NCBI GenBank assembly: GCA_947626015.1 | Contig: CANQQK010000001.1 | Coordinates: 20,349-84,348, forward strand | Length of the DNA: 64,000 bases | Direction of reading: 5' to 3' | Origin: an uncultured Bacilli bacterium | Lineage (GTDB): Bacteria > Bacillota_I > Bacilli_A > RF39 > UBA660 | Part shown: positions 46,427 through 56,282 of the stretch, piece after piece | Position numbering within the stretch: position 1 is the stretch's first letter | Layout: each line of letters opens with the position of its first letter | Notes under the pieces: model-generated | The model's database searches: none | The model's input: only the letters and a program-made list of their open reading frames with translations | Told to the model about the DNA's origin: nothing | Made by a program: the position numbers and the translations under genes

Positions 46427-46867
46427 ATGTTGATGGGTGAATTTCATCATAATATCGATGAAAAGAATCGTCTAGTCATACCAAGTAAGTTCCGTAGTGA
46501 ACTTGGCGAGAAGTTCATCGTCACACGTGGGCTAGATAAATGTCTTTTTGTCTTTTCCCTAGTAGAATGGGATCATTTTGCTAGTAGACTTAAGACTTTG
46601 CCTTTTACACATCGTGATGCTCGTAATTTCACTAGATTCCTTTTATCTGGCGCTGCTGATTGCGAACTAGACCGTAGTGGTAGAGTTTGTATTACCTCCC
46701 CCTTGATCGATTACGCCGGTATAACTAAAGAATGTGTTATTATCGGCGCTAACGATCGCCTTGAAATTTGGGCCAAGGAAGCTTGGGACCAATTTATAAG
46801 TGATAATGAAGATCAGTTATCAGATATAGCTGAGAATCTATTTACAACAGGTGATTTTGGTGCATAA
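46427..46867 (+). CDS. mraZ: Transcriptional regulator MraZ
   Basis: MLMGEFHHNIDEKNRLVIPSKFR with duplicated DxxxR-like halves; RBS GGGGAG 6 nt before ATG at 46427. Confidence 0.85.
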   Translation: MLMGEFHHNIDEKNRLVIPSKFRSELGEKFIVTRGLDKCLFVFSLVEWDHFASRLKTLPFTHRDARNFTRFLLSGAADCELDRSGRVCITSPLIDYAGITKECVIIGANDRLEIWAKEAWDQFISDNEDQLSDIAENLFTTGDFGA

Positions 46868-47771
46868 AAGTGTTTTATTAGAAGAATGTATTGAAAATTT
46901 AAATATTAAACCTGATGGTATTTATGTCGATTGTACATTGGGATATGGTGGACACAGTGAAAAAATATTAAGCTGTCTAACTACTGGTCATCTATATGCC
47001 TTTGATCAAGATATGGAAGCTATCAATTATTCTAAGGAACGTTTGAGTAAAATTAATGATCATTTTACTTTAGTTCATTCTAATTTCGTTTATCTTAAAG
47101 AAAAACTTTCAGAATTAGGAGTGGAACATGTTGATGGTATTTTATTCGATTTAGGTTTTTCATCCCCACAAATAGATGATGCCGAAAGAGGCTTTTCATT
47201 TATGAAAGATGCTAAATTGGATATGCGTATGAATAAAGAACAAACCTTCAGTGCTTATAATGTTGTAAATGAATACAGTGAAAATGACTTAGCAATGGTA
47301 TTTTTCAAATATGCGGAAGAAAAATATTCCCGTTCGATTGCTAAGAATATTGTTAAATCAAGACCAATCAATTCCACTTTGGAATTAGTTGATATTATAA
47401 AAAAAAGCGTTCCTGTGAAGTATGCCTTATCAAGACATCCGGAACGTGTTATCTTTCAAGCTATTAGAATTGAAGTCAATAAGGAATTAGATTATCTCGA
47501 AGCGGTATTACCACAAGCTATCGAGATGCTTAAGGTTGGTGGAAGAATTTGTGTCATCACCTTCCATTCCCTAGAGGATCGCATCGTTAAACAAACCTTC
47601 AAGCTAAATAGCGAGGTAAGCCCTTTGGTTAAAGGTTTACCGGTCATACCAGATGAATTTAAACCAAAGATTAAATTAATCAATAAAAAACCAATACTAC
47701 CAACTTCTAAAGAGATGGAAGAAAATAGTCGTAGTAAGAGTGCAAAATTAAGAGTAATAGAGAGGGTATAA
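46860..47771 (+). CDS. rsmH: 16S rRNA m4C1402 methyltransferase RsmH (MraW); probable GTG start
   Basis: HKSVLLEE, VDCTLGYGGHS, FDLGFSSPQID, typical RsmH; RBS AGGTGA 6 nt before GTG at 46860. Confidence 0.85.
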   Translation: MHKSVLLEECIENLNIKPDGIYVDCTLGYGGHSEKILSCLTTGHLYAFDQDMEAINYSKERLSKINDHFTLVHSNFVYLKEKLSELGVEHVDGILFDLGFSSPQIDDAERGFSFMKDAKLDMRMNKEQTFSAYNVVNEYSENDLAMVFFKYAEEKYSRSIAKNIVKSRPINSTLELVDIIKKSVPVKYALSRHPERVIFQAIRIEVNKELDYLEAVLPQAIEMLKVGGRICVITFHSLEDRIVKQTFKLNSEVSPLVKGLPVIPDEFKPKIKLINKKPILPTSKEMEENSRSKSAKLRVIERV

Positions 47772-47773
47772 CT

Positions 47774-48070
47774 ATGAAGAAAACAACAAGTCCTGTAAAA
47801 ATGAAAAAACGTAAAGGTGAAAAATTCTTGATCACCTTAATCATCTTATTTGGAATCCTAACACCACTAATGATAGTTTATACTTCAGCGACTCTTGCTA
47901 GTTCTAATATTGAAGTTGAAAAACTTAAACAACAAATCGAAACCCAAGAGAATATCAATTCTGGTTTATCGATGCAAGTTGACGAATTAGCAAGTCTATC
48001 TACTATTCAAAATGTTGCAAAAGAAAATGGTTTAAACTATAATAATGATAATATAGTAGTTATTAAATAG
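47774..48070 (+). CDS. ftsL: Cell division protein FtsL
   Basis: 98 aa, single TM (FLITLIILFGILTPLMIVY) followed by a coiled coil; position between rsmH and pbp. Confidence 0.65.
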   Translation: MKKTTSPVKMKKRKGEKFLITLIILFGILTPLMIVYTSATLASSNIEVEKLKQQIETQENINSGLSMQVDELASLSTIQNVAKENGLNYNNDNIVVIK

Positions 48071-48091
48071 ACTTAAGTGAGGTTATGCTAA

Positions 48092-50275
48092 ATGAGATAT
48101 ACGAACAATACGATTAGAATAAATGTCCTTTTCATAATATGTATTGTTCTTTTATTTGGCTTATTTTTTGCCAAATTAGCATATGTATCTTTAAATGATA
48201 TCGTGGAAGGAACCGATATTGCTGAGTTAGCTAAGAATCGTAGTATTGCTACGAAAACTTTAACTGCTAATCGTGGTAATATCTTAGATTTGGAAGGGGA
48301 AGTATTAGCAGAAAATGTTAATTCCTATACATTGATTGCGATCCTTTCGCCAAAAAGAACAACTGATGAAAGATATCCCAAACATGTCGTTGATAAGGAA
48401 TTAACGGCTAATGAACTATCAAAGATTTTAAAGATCGATAAGGATTATATTCTCGAACTTTTAAATAAAGATGCTTATCAAACCGAATTTGGACCAGCTG
48501 GTAAGGGACTTACCGAAAATGTTAAAAGACAAATTGAAGAGTTATCCTTACCAGGAATTGAATTCATGAAAACATCTAAAAGAAATTACCCTAATGGGGA
48601 CTTTGCATCCTATGTCATTGGTTATGCCAAATTCCAAGAGAATGGGGAACTTATGGGTGAATTAGGTATCGAATCGTTCTGTGATCGTTACTTAAAGGGT
48701 AAGGATGGTTCGATTACTTATCAAAAGGATGCTTATGGATACCAAATGGCCGATAAGGAATCATATGTCGTACCAGCTGAAGATGGTTTTGATGTTTATC
48801 TTACCTTGGATAGCCATGTTGAACTTTTACTCAATAATGCTATCGATGCCTTTAAGGAATATAATCCTGAGTGGGTAACCTTAACGGTAGCGGATGCCCA
48901 TACGGGTTCCATCATCGCTAGTTCGACTTATCCATCATTTGATTTAAATAAATTAAATATTACGTATTATACCAATCCCTTAACTTCATATACCTATGAA
49001 CCAGGAAGTACCATGAAGATATTTTCCTTTATGACGGCGATGGAAGAGGGTAAATATGATGGTAATGCAACCTATCAATCAGGTACCCGTAAGATTGGTG
49101 AATATACCATTCAAGACTGGAACAAGTATGGATGGGGTAAGATCAACTATGATACCGGATTTACCTATTCTTCAAATACCGCAGCTGCAGATTTAACCTA
49201 TGGTGAAAATGGTGTTGGTCGTAAAGCCTTAAGAAACTATTATAATAATTTAGGTTTTGGAAGCCTTACGGGTATTGAACTATCTGGAGAACTTCCGGGT
49301 ACTGTTGATTTCCAATATGACATTGAGGTTGCTAGTGCATCTTATGGTCAAGGTATTACCGTAACGCCAATTCAAATGATTCAAGCTTTATCCGTTCTTA
49401 CGAATGATGGTGTCGTTTTAAAACCATATATCATCGATAAGATCGTTGATCCTAATACTGGTAAGACCGTTTATCAAGGTAAACGTACTGAAGTTAGAAA
49501 GGTCTATTCCACAGCAACTGTCAATAAGATGATTGAACTTATGGATCGTACCGTTAATTCCAGCGATAAAGCCGTTACAGGTGCTGGATATCATACCGAT
49601 GCTGTGCGTTTGATTGGTAAAACAGGTACTGCTGATTATATCGGTGAAGATGGTAAATATAATGTTGGAACCTATACCAATATTCGTTCTTTTGCTGGTG
49701 TATTCCCAAAAGATGAACCCGAATACATCATCTATGTCGCTGTTAAAGATTTCCATGGCTCTTCTAAACAAATGGGAACAATCGTTAAAAACCTCGTAGA
49801 AAGTGTTGCTAAATATCGTAATTTCGATGAAAGACCTAGTGAAGTCGATCCTTCAAAGATTGTAACCATCGATAACTATATTAATAAATCCGTGGAATCT
49901 AGTGTTTCCAAGTTAAATAATATAGGTGTATCATCTGTTGTCATTGGTGATGGTAATTATGTCATCAATCAATATCCGAAGAAGAATACTAAGACCAGTC
50001 AAAAGGGTAAGGTTTTCCTTTTAAGCAATGGTTCAACTACCAAAATGCCTGATGTTACAGGATGGAGTAGTGCAGAATTTATTGATTTTTGTAATTTGGT
50101 TGGTGTAAAATATGAATTAGAAGGATACGGATATATCGAATCGACAAATGTTGCTAAAGATACTCCTCTTACAAAGGATACCATTATTCATGCAACGCTT
50201 AAGAATATCGAACCCCTATCTTTAGTTACGGAGGAACCAGAAAATGACGAAGACAAAGACAAACCAAACACCTAA
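48092..50275 (+). CDS. Class B penicillin-binding protein (FtsI/PBP2B-type) with C-terminal PASTA domains
   Basis: TM anchor, dimerisation domain, transpeptidase motifs STMK (PGSTMKIF), SSN (YSSN), KTG (GKTGTA), two PASTA-like repeats at the C-terminus. Confidence 0.85.
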   Translation: MRYTNNTIRINVLFIICIVLLFGLFFAKLAYVSLNDIVEGTDIAELAKNRSIATKTLTANRGNILDLEGEVLAENVNSYTLIAILSPKRTTDERYPKHVVDKELTANELSKILKIDKDYILELLNKDAYQTEFGPAGKGLTENVKRQIEELSLPGIEFMKTSKRNYPNGDFASYVIGYAKFQENGELMGELGIESFCDRYLKGKDGSITYQKDAYGYQMADKESYVVPAEDGFDVYLTLDSHVELLLNNAIDAFKEYNPEWVTLTVADAHTGSIIASSTYPSFDLNKLNITYYTNPLTSYTYEPGSTMKIFSFMTAMEEGKYDGNATYQSGTRKIGEYTIQDWNKYGWGKINYDTGFTYSSNTAAADLTYGENGVGRKALRNYYNNLGFGSLTGIELSGELPGTVDFQYDIEVASASYGQGITVTPIQMIQALSVLTNDGVVLKPYIIDKIVDPNTGKTVYQGKRTEVRKVYSTATVNKMIELMDRTVNSSDKAVTGAGYHTDAVRLIGKTGTADYIGEDGKYNVGTYTNIRSFAGVFPKDEPEYIIYVAVKDFHGSSKQMGTIVKNLVESVAKYRNFDERPSEVDPSKIVTIDNYINKSVESSVSKLNNIGVSSVVIGDGNYVINQYPKKNTKTSQKGKVFLLSNGSTTKMPDVTGWSSAEFIDFCNLVGVKYELEGYGYIESTNVAKDTPLTKDTIIHATLKNIEPLSLVTEEPENDEDKDKPNT

Positions 50276-50921
50276 GGATGAAACGAAACCGAAGGTAAAA
50301 GATAAAGAAAAGAAAACTAATGCAACCAAAAAGGTTGAGGGAAAAAAAGAAGTAATCAAGGTCGATGAAAAAAAGAAGGTTGCTAAGGAGAAAAAAACGA
50401 CAAGTAAGTTAAAGGAGTTCTTTAATAAACCAACTCCAATCATTATCGCTTTAGTAATCATCTGTGTCGTACAACTATATTTTTTGATAACCTTTAAATC
50501 GATGAATGGTATCTATACGGGTGAACTAGCCAAGGAAGATGTCCAAATCGTAAATGTCCATATGTTTACCAATAACGATATGAACTATTTCTATGCTTCA
50601 CCAGCAATGTATCTTGGTGAAGATAAACAAGTATATAATTTTGAAATGGGTTATTATGTGGAACTATCTTCCGGAGAGATGAAATCTTTTGCTACGAGAT
50701 CAAGAAGTTTAAACTCTGCTAGTAGTTTAAAGGAAATCGTTGAAGAGATGAGTGCTTGGAATTTCTTTGAAACCAGTCTTCAAGATTATTTCTTCTCTGA
50801 AGAGGTATTAGATAATCTAGATAGCATGCATTTCATCATTAAAGCTAGTACAAAAGCGAATAGTACGGATGCTGATGTTTATATCGATTATCCAATCGAA
50901 CTTAATCGTATTACTAAATAA
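50244..50921 (+). CDS. Hypothetical protein with Lys-rich N-terminus, one TM, extracellular domain
   Basis: RBS GGAGGAA; KPKVKDKEKKTNATKKVEGKKEVIKVDEKKKVAKEKK then TM IIIALVIICVVQLYFLI; overlaps the pbp 3' end by 32 nt. Confidence 0.45.
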   Translation: MTKTKTNQTPKDETKPKVKDKEKKTNATKKVEGKKEVIKVDEKKKVAKEKKTTSKLKEFFNKPTPIIIALVIICVVQLYFLITFKSMNGIYTGELAKEDVQIVNVHMFTNNDMNYFYASPAMYLGEDKQVYNFEMGYYVELSSGEMKSFATRSRSLNSASSLKEIVEEMSAWNFFETSLQDYFFSEEVLDNLDSMHFIIKASTKANSTDADVYIDYPIELNRITK

Positions 50922-51012
50922 AACAAGTAAAGTCTTTACTTGTTTTTTTCATTTATGTTTAATATACTTGCTAATTTTGATATAATATTAATAATAGAGA
51001 GAGTAGATAATT

Positions 51013-53223
51013 ATGAAGTATCGAATGAAAATATTATTAATTATTTCTTTATTTTTTCTTTTTCCATTCACGATAAATGCTTTAGAATTATGCGAAATGT
51101 CTAAAGAGTATGAAGCGTGGATGGCTTTAAGTGAAGAAGAAAAAGCTAACTCTATCGAACCTCGTTATTGTGAAGATGATTATAAAAAAAGTAAGGTAGC
51201 AAGTCAATTATTGGAGATTGATACCTTTGTTGATATTAAAGATAATACTCATGTTATCAATGGTTCCTCCATTGATCAAAGTCGTTATAATTCTTATGAT
51301 TATAATATTGTAACGCCAGCGCGTAATCAAAAAGGAACGAATTCTTGTTGGGCATTTGCAAGTCTTTCAGCAGTTGAAACTAGTGCGATCATGGATGGAC
51401 TTCCAGAAACAGCACTATCTGCTAAACATATCGAATATATGGTAACGCGTAATGCTTTTACGGATTACAACAATGAATATGGTTTTGATCGTGAACTCGA
51501 TGCCGGAGGTAATCCATATTTTGCTGGTTCATATTTCTTTCGTCATGATGGACCAATCTTAGAAACATCAATGCCTTATACCGAACATCATTATATGATG
51601 AAGACGACCGATCTTCCTAAGGATAAAGCTTATTTCGATATTGGAAGTTATCGTACGGAATATTATGAAGATGCCGCTTATTGTAATACCAATCAAATCG
51701 ATACGATTAAGAAGAATGTTATCGAACATGGTTCAGTTGTCGCTTCAATCTATTATGATACGAGTTTCTTAAATAAGAATATCTATTATAACTATAATGA
51801 TTATAGTGGTATTAAGAATAGTAATCATGCCGTTACCATTGTTGGTTGGGATGATAACATCTCAGCTTCGAATTTTAAGAATGCTACGCATAATGGTGCA
51901 TGGATTGTTAAGAATTCTTGGGGACCAACTTGGGGTGAGAATGGAACCTTCTATGTATCTTACGATGATATTCGTATCTGTGGAAGTATGACGACTTTCT
52001 TCGATGTTCGTAAGAATACTTTTGATAATACCTATTTTGCTGCGGATACTTTAGCAAATGTGTCATTCCCAATGAATGGGGGATACGTTTATAGTAAAGC
52101 TAAGTTTACGAAGAAATCTAATAAGGATGAATACTTAGATAAGGTAAGTGTTGAAGTTAATGCTAATAATAACTATGAAGTCTATGTTTCCGTAGGAACG
52201 GATGCTGAAGGAAGTTGGCAGCTTGTCGGTAGTGGGGTAGCAACGATCAATAGTGTGGTCTCCCTACGTTTTGCTCCTATCAAGATAACAAGTGATTTCT
52301 ATGTTATCGTTAAATACACCAAAGGTAATTACCCAGCAATGTGTAAGACCTTATTTACGGATATTCATGATAAGATTAATATCAGTTCGAAGACCAATTA
52401 TTATGCTATGAATAGCAAGACGGCATGGCATGATATGAGTGAAATCAGTGAAGCTTATGTCGTATCGGGTTGTGAACCAGTAATCTATGCTTATACAACC
52501 AATGCGGTAACGGGTTCACCAACCTTTAAAATTGAATCTCTAACAGGTTCAAGAGAAAAGGTTTATAACAATACCGATGGTTATTTCAATATGAAGATTA
52601 GTAGTTCTAATATCAATAGCTATGAAGGATTTACTTATAAGATTTTTAATAGTTCTAATAGTGATGTAACAAGTAATTTTACCATTACGGATACGATTGC
52701 TAATGGCATTGTTAAAATATATCCTAAAGCAAATGCTCAAGCAGGTACCTACAAGATTAAGGTAACCTATAGCAATCAAACCTTAGAGAGTAGTTTTACA
52801 TTACATCAATTGATAAGTTCTAGTAAATATAAAATTCAAGGGGATTATATAATCGTCAGTATGGATAAGGAAAAATCTTTAGCAAAGAATACATTCGTTT
52901 CGAATATTAATTTTAATTCTAATTCATATAAGGTTTTATCTTCAGCGAAGGAAGATATAACTAGTTCCACTAGTTATATTGGTACTGGTATGCAACTTGC
53001 TTTAGAAGGTAAGACGTTTACGATTGTGGTTATTGGTGATGTATCAGGGGATGGTCAAATACTAAGTAATGATACCTTACTCATCAAGAGACATTTAGTA
53101 TATCTAAATCGTTTGAATGATGCCCAAATATTAGCATCGGATGTCTCGAAAGATGGGGATGTATTAAGTAATGATGCTTTAATAATAGCGCGTTTCCTAG
53201 TCGGAGCTAGGTCTAGTTTGTAG
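51013..53223 (+). CDS. Secreted papain-family (C1A) cysteine protease with beta-sandwich spacer domains and a C-terminal type-I dockerin
   Basis: Signal peptide; catalytic QKGTNSCWAF (Gln/Cys), NHAVTIVGWD (His), NSWGPTWG (Asn); dockerin duplicated Ca-binding segments GDVSGDGQILSNDTLLIKRHL and SDVSKDGDVLSNDALIIARFL (53035..53220). Confidence 0.8.
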   Translation: MKYRMKILLIISLFFLFPFTINALELCEMSKEYEAWMALSEEEKANSIEPRYCEDDYKKSKVASQLLEIDTFVDIKDNTHVINGSSIDQSRYNSYDYNIVTPARNQKGTNSCWAFASLSAVETSAIMDGLPETALSAKHIEYMVTRNAFTDYNNEYGFDRELDAGGNPYFAGSYFFRHDGPILETSMPYTEHHYMMKTTDLPKDKAYFDIGSYRTEYYEDAAYCNTNQIDTIKKNVIEHGSVVASIYYDTSFLNKNIYYNYNDYSGIKNSNHAVTIVGWDDNISASNFKNATHNGAWIVKNSWGPTWGENGTFYVSYDDIRICGSMTTFFDVRKNTFDNTYFAADTLANVSFPMNGGYVYSKAKFTKKSNKDEYLDKVSVEVNANNNYEVYVSVGTDAEGSWQLVGSGVATINSVVSLRFAPIKITSDFYVIVKYTKGNYPAMCKTLFTDIHDKINISSKTNYYAMNSKTAWHDMSEISEAYVVSGCEPVIYAYTTNAVTGSPTFKIESLTGSREKVYNNTDGYFNMKISSSNINSYEGFTYKIFNSSNSDVTSNFTITDTIANGIVKIYPKANAQAGTYKIKVTYSNQTLESSFTLHQLISSSKYKIQGDYIIVSMDKEKSLAKNTFVSNINFNSNSYKVLSSAKEDITSSTSYIGTGMQLALEGKTFTIVVIGDVSGDGQILSNDTLLIKRHLVYLNRLNDAQILASDVSKDGDVLSNDALIIARFLVGARSSL

Positions 53224-53231
53224 GTGATGAT

Positions 53232-54677
53232 ATGAAAAAAAGAGATTGGTTAATTATTTGTTTATTATGTTTCTTATGTCTAAGAATGCCGGTCGCTGCT
53301 GCAAATTCTTTTGATATATCAGCTCCGAGTAGTGTTAATGTTAATCAAAAATATACTGTTGATATTACATATAATGGTACAGAAGCTGGAGCATTTAATA
53401 TGGCAGTTACCTTTGTTAATGCTGAATGTAAATATTCTTCAGCTTCAAATGGAGGTACTGTAAACTGTAATGGTGGGGTATGTGATGCGGCTTATTCAGA
53501 TCCCAATGGTATTAAATCAGGTAGTAAAATATTAAGTTTATCATGTGAAAGTTTTACAGGTTCGCAAGCAACCTTTAAGACAACTCTTACCGGTGATGAT
53601 GCTTGGGATATTGAAGGAACAACGAGAATCAGTATAACTGGTAAATCAAAAGTTATTACGATCAAAGGAACGACAGCAACGACCAAGACGACAACGACGA
53701 AATCAACTGCTCCTAAACGTACGACGACTTCTTCAAAGAAGACGACCAAAAAGACTCCTCAAAGTACAAGTAGTACGAGTACAACCAGCAATACCACTAA
53801 GCATGAGAATCCTACTTCATCAAGTTCGAAGACCACAACTAAGCTTGGTGTAGTGCCAACAAGTGATGCTACAACCCTAAAGATCGATCTTACGACTTCG
53901 GAAGAAGCAACTTCGAATACCAAGAAAAAACGTAAAATTAAGGAGGAACCATATTCAACCGTTGCTAGTGTTCCTGATGACGTTAAATTAAAGAGTTTAA
54001 AGATCGTTGGTTATGATATTGCTTTCAATCCGTGTCGCATCAATTATACGATCGAAGTCGATGAAGATGTCGATGAATTATATGTCATTGCTGAAAAGGA
54101 AATGGATAGTACTATCGTTGATAATACTGGAGTAGTCCAAATCGATGGTGTTAAAGAATTTATCATTCATGTATCTAGTACAAATAGTGATGAACAAATC
54201 GATTATCATATTAAGGTTAATACTAAAAATCAAGGTAGTATCTCTATTAAAATTATCTTAATTATTATTGGTTGTTTCTTACTTATTCTAATTATATTTA
54301 GAGTTTTAAAGGAAATTAAAAAGGTTAAGAAAGAAGATATTATTATCGAAAGCAATAAGATTAATTCTACCGAAAATGCTGCTAATTTAGATGCTTTAGA
54401 TAAAGATACTAGTCCGATTCTTTTAGAACCAATGATCAGTACTAAAGGCAATGATAATCCTAATAATACTAAAGAAAATGAAGATATGGTACCAGCCCAA
54501 TATTTCTTAGATAATGGTGGTAATCTATCCGATAGTGATAAGAAAAAAATCGACGAACAAGATGAAAATTGGTTAAATCAAAATGTTCAAACCGATGAAG
54601 AAATCAATAGAGCAATCTATGAAGCTAATAGTACGATTACGATTGAAGAAATGTTTGCTAATGATAAAAATGATTAA
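53232..54677 (+). CDS. Membrane-anchored surface protein: signal peptide, N-terminal beta-sandwich (candidate cohesin), Thr/Ser-rich linker, cadherin-like domain, TM, acidic cytoplasmic tail
   Basis: Residues about 24-150 with an alternating hydrophobic beta-strand pattern (VNVNQKYTVDITYNG...AFNMAVTFVN) reminiscent of cohesins; linker TTATTKTTTTKSTAPKRTTTSSKKTTKK...; LKSLKIVGYDIAFNPCRINYTIEV cadherin-like; TM IKIILIIIGCFLLILIIF. Confidence 0.4.
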   Translation: MKKRDWLIICLLCFLCLRMPVAAANSFDISAPSSVNVNQKYTVDITYNGTEAGAFNMAVTFVNAECKYSSASNGGTVNCNGGVCDAAYSDPNGIKSGSKILSLSCESFTGSQATFKTTLTGDDAWDIEGTTRISITGKSKVITIKGTTATTKTTTTKSTAPKRTTTSSKKTTKKTPQSTSSTSTTSNTTKHENPTSSSSKTTTKLGVVPTSDATTLKIDLTTSEEATSNTKKKRKIKEEPYSTVASVPDDVKLKSLKIVGYDIAFNPCRINYTIEVDEDVDELYVIAEKEMDSTIVDNTGVVQIDGVKEFIIHVSSTNSDEQIDYHIKVNTKNQGSISIKIILIIIGCFLLILIIFRVLKEIKKVKKEDIIIESNKINSTENAANLDALDKDTSPILLEPMISTKGNDNPNNTKENEDMVPAQYFLDNGGNLSDSDKKKIDEQDENWLNQNVQTDEEINRAIYEANSTITIEEMFANDKND

Positions 54678-54700
54678 AGCTATGAATAATAGCTTTTTTT
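54676..54700 (+). terminator. Rho-independent terminator
   Basis: AAGCTAT-GAATAAT-AGCTT followed by TTTTTT. Confidence 0.55.
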
Positions 54701-54775
54701 AATTATGACTTATAAAATAAACTTTAACTATTAAAATAATAATATGTTATAATAATTTTATAAGGAAGTATAGGT

Positions 54776-56227
54776 ATGAGTTCGATTATTAAAAATAAAA
54801 AAATAATGACTTTTATATATATCGGAATCGTTATTGCTATCTTAATAACGGCATACTTTTTAGCTTTTAGAGAGACGAAACCCAAAGAGGGAGTTATCGT
54901 TTTAAATGGTAATGAATACTTTAAATTGCCGTTAAAACAAGAATATAATGATGAAGGTTTTTCCTTTATGGTTGATGATGAAGAGATATCTTTAGATGAT
55001 TTAGATTATGATATTGAAGATGATATCAATGAAGATGTTTTAGGTCAATATACAGTTACTTATCATGTTAATTTTGAAGATAAAGATTATGATATTAAAA
55101 GATATGTTGAAGTAGTAGATAATGTTGCTCCTGATTTGGTTATCAATCAAGAATATGTATCAAAATATTATTGTAAGAAAGAGGATAAGGTTTTATTAGA
55201 TTATCGTGCTGAAGATAACTATGATGGTATTATTACGGATAAGGTTAAAGAGGAAATATTTGCTGATCATGTAGAATTAAGTGTTGAAGATAGTTCCGGT
55301 AATAAGACCACTAAGGATATTCCGATCAAAATGATCAATGATGAGGATGCAGCTATTATTGAACTTAAGGGTAGCGAGATTATTTACTTAGCTGAAGGTA
55401 GTAAGTATGTTGAAGAGGGCGCTAGTTTAACGGATGGTTGTGGTAAGAAACAAGATGATTCGTTAGAGATAACGGGAAATGTTGATACGAGTAAGACGGG
55501 GGAATATTTGATCAAATATAGTTATACCAGTGCTGCCGGGGTTGTAACGAGCAAGACACGTAAGGTCATCGTTTATGCCAAGCATCAAGGGGATCATAAG
55601 ACCGAAGAGGGAAAGAGTATCTATCTTACTTTCGACGATGGACCTGGAGCTTATACCGAAGAGATCTTAGACATCTTAAAGAAATATGATGTTAAAGCAA
55701 CCTTCTTTGTTACCAATCAATTTAAGAAATATGTTCCCCTTATCAAAAGAGAATATGAAGAAGGACATGCTATTGGTGTTCATACCTTAACCCATAAATG
55801 GAACGTCTATCGTAGTGTCGAAACCTATCTTAAAGATTTTAATGATATGAATCAAATCATCTATAATTATACTGGACAAAGAACCAAGATCTTCCGTTTT
55901 CCTGGAGGAAGCAGTAATACGGTAAGTAAAAATTATTCTTTGGGTGTTGTCAGTGCCATTGCTAGTAGGATGACCGAAGATGGTTATGTCTATTTCGATT
56001 GGAATGTTGATTCCGAAGATGCTGCTATGGCCAGTACGAGTAAGATTACCCAAAATGTTATTAAGGGTATCGATAGTAAAAAGGTTCCAGTCATTTTAAT
56101 GCATGATATTCATAAGAATACCTTAGCGGCTTTAGAGACCATTATTAAATATGCACTAGACAATGGTTATACGTTTAAAACATTGTCAACTGATTCACAA
56201 ACATGTCATCATACTATCAACAATTAA
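54776..56227 (+). CDS. Polysaccharide deacetylase (CE4/NodB domain) with N-terminal TM and Ig-like spacer domains
   Basis: YLTFDDGP (motif 1), HTLTHKW (motif 2), RFPGG, ILMHD; TM IYIGIVIAILITAYFLAF. Confidence 0.75.
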   Translation: MSSIIKNKKIMTFIYIGIVIAILITAYFLAFRETKPKEGVIVLNGNEYFKLPLKQEYNDEGFSFMVDDEEISLDDLDYDIEDDINEDVLGQYTVTYHVNFEDKDYDIKRYVEVVDNVAPDLVINQEYVSKYYCKKEDKVLLDYRAEDNYDGIITDKVKEEIFADHVELSVEDSSGNKTTKDIPIKMINDEDAAIIELKGSEIIYLAEGSKYVEEGASLTDGCGKKQDDSLEITGNVDTSKTGEYLIKYSYTSAAGVVTSKTRKVIVYAKHQGDHKTEEGKSIYLTFDDGPGAYTEEILDILKKYDVKATFFVTNQFKKYVPLIKREYEEGHAIGVHTLTHKWNVYRSVETYLKDFNDMNQIIYNYTGQRTKIFRFPGGSSNTVSKNYSLGVVSAIASRMTEDGYVYFDWNVDSEDAAMASTSKITQNVIKGIDSKKVPVILMHDIHKNTLAALETIIKYALDNGYTFKTLSTDSQTCHHTINN

Positions 56228-56282
56228 TTGCTTTTACGTAAACTTTATTCTATAATGAAATTGTAAGTATGAGGTAGTTAAT

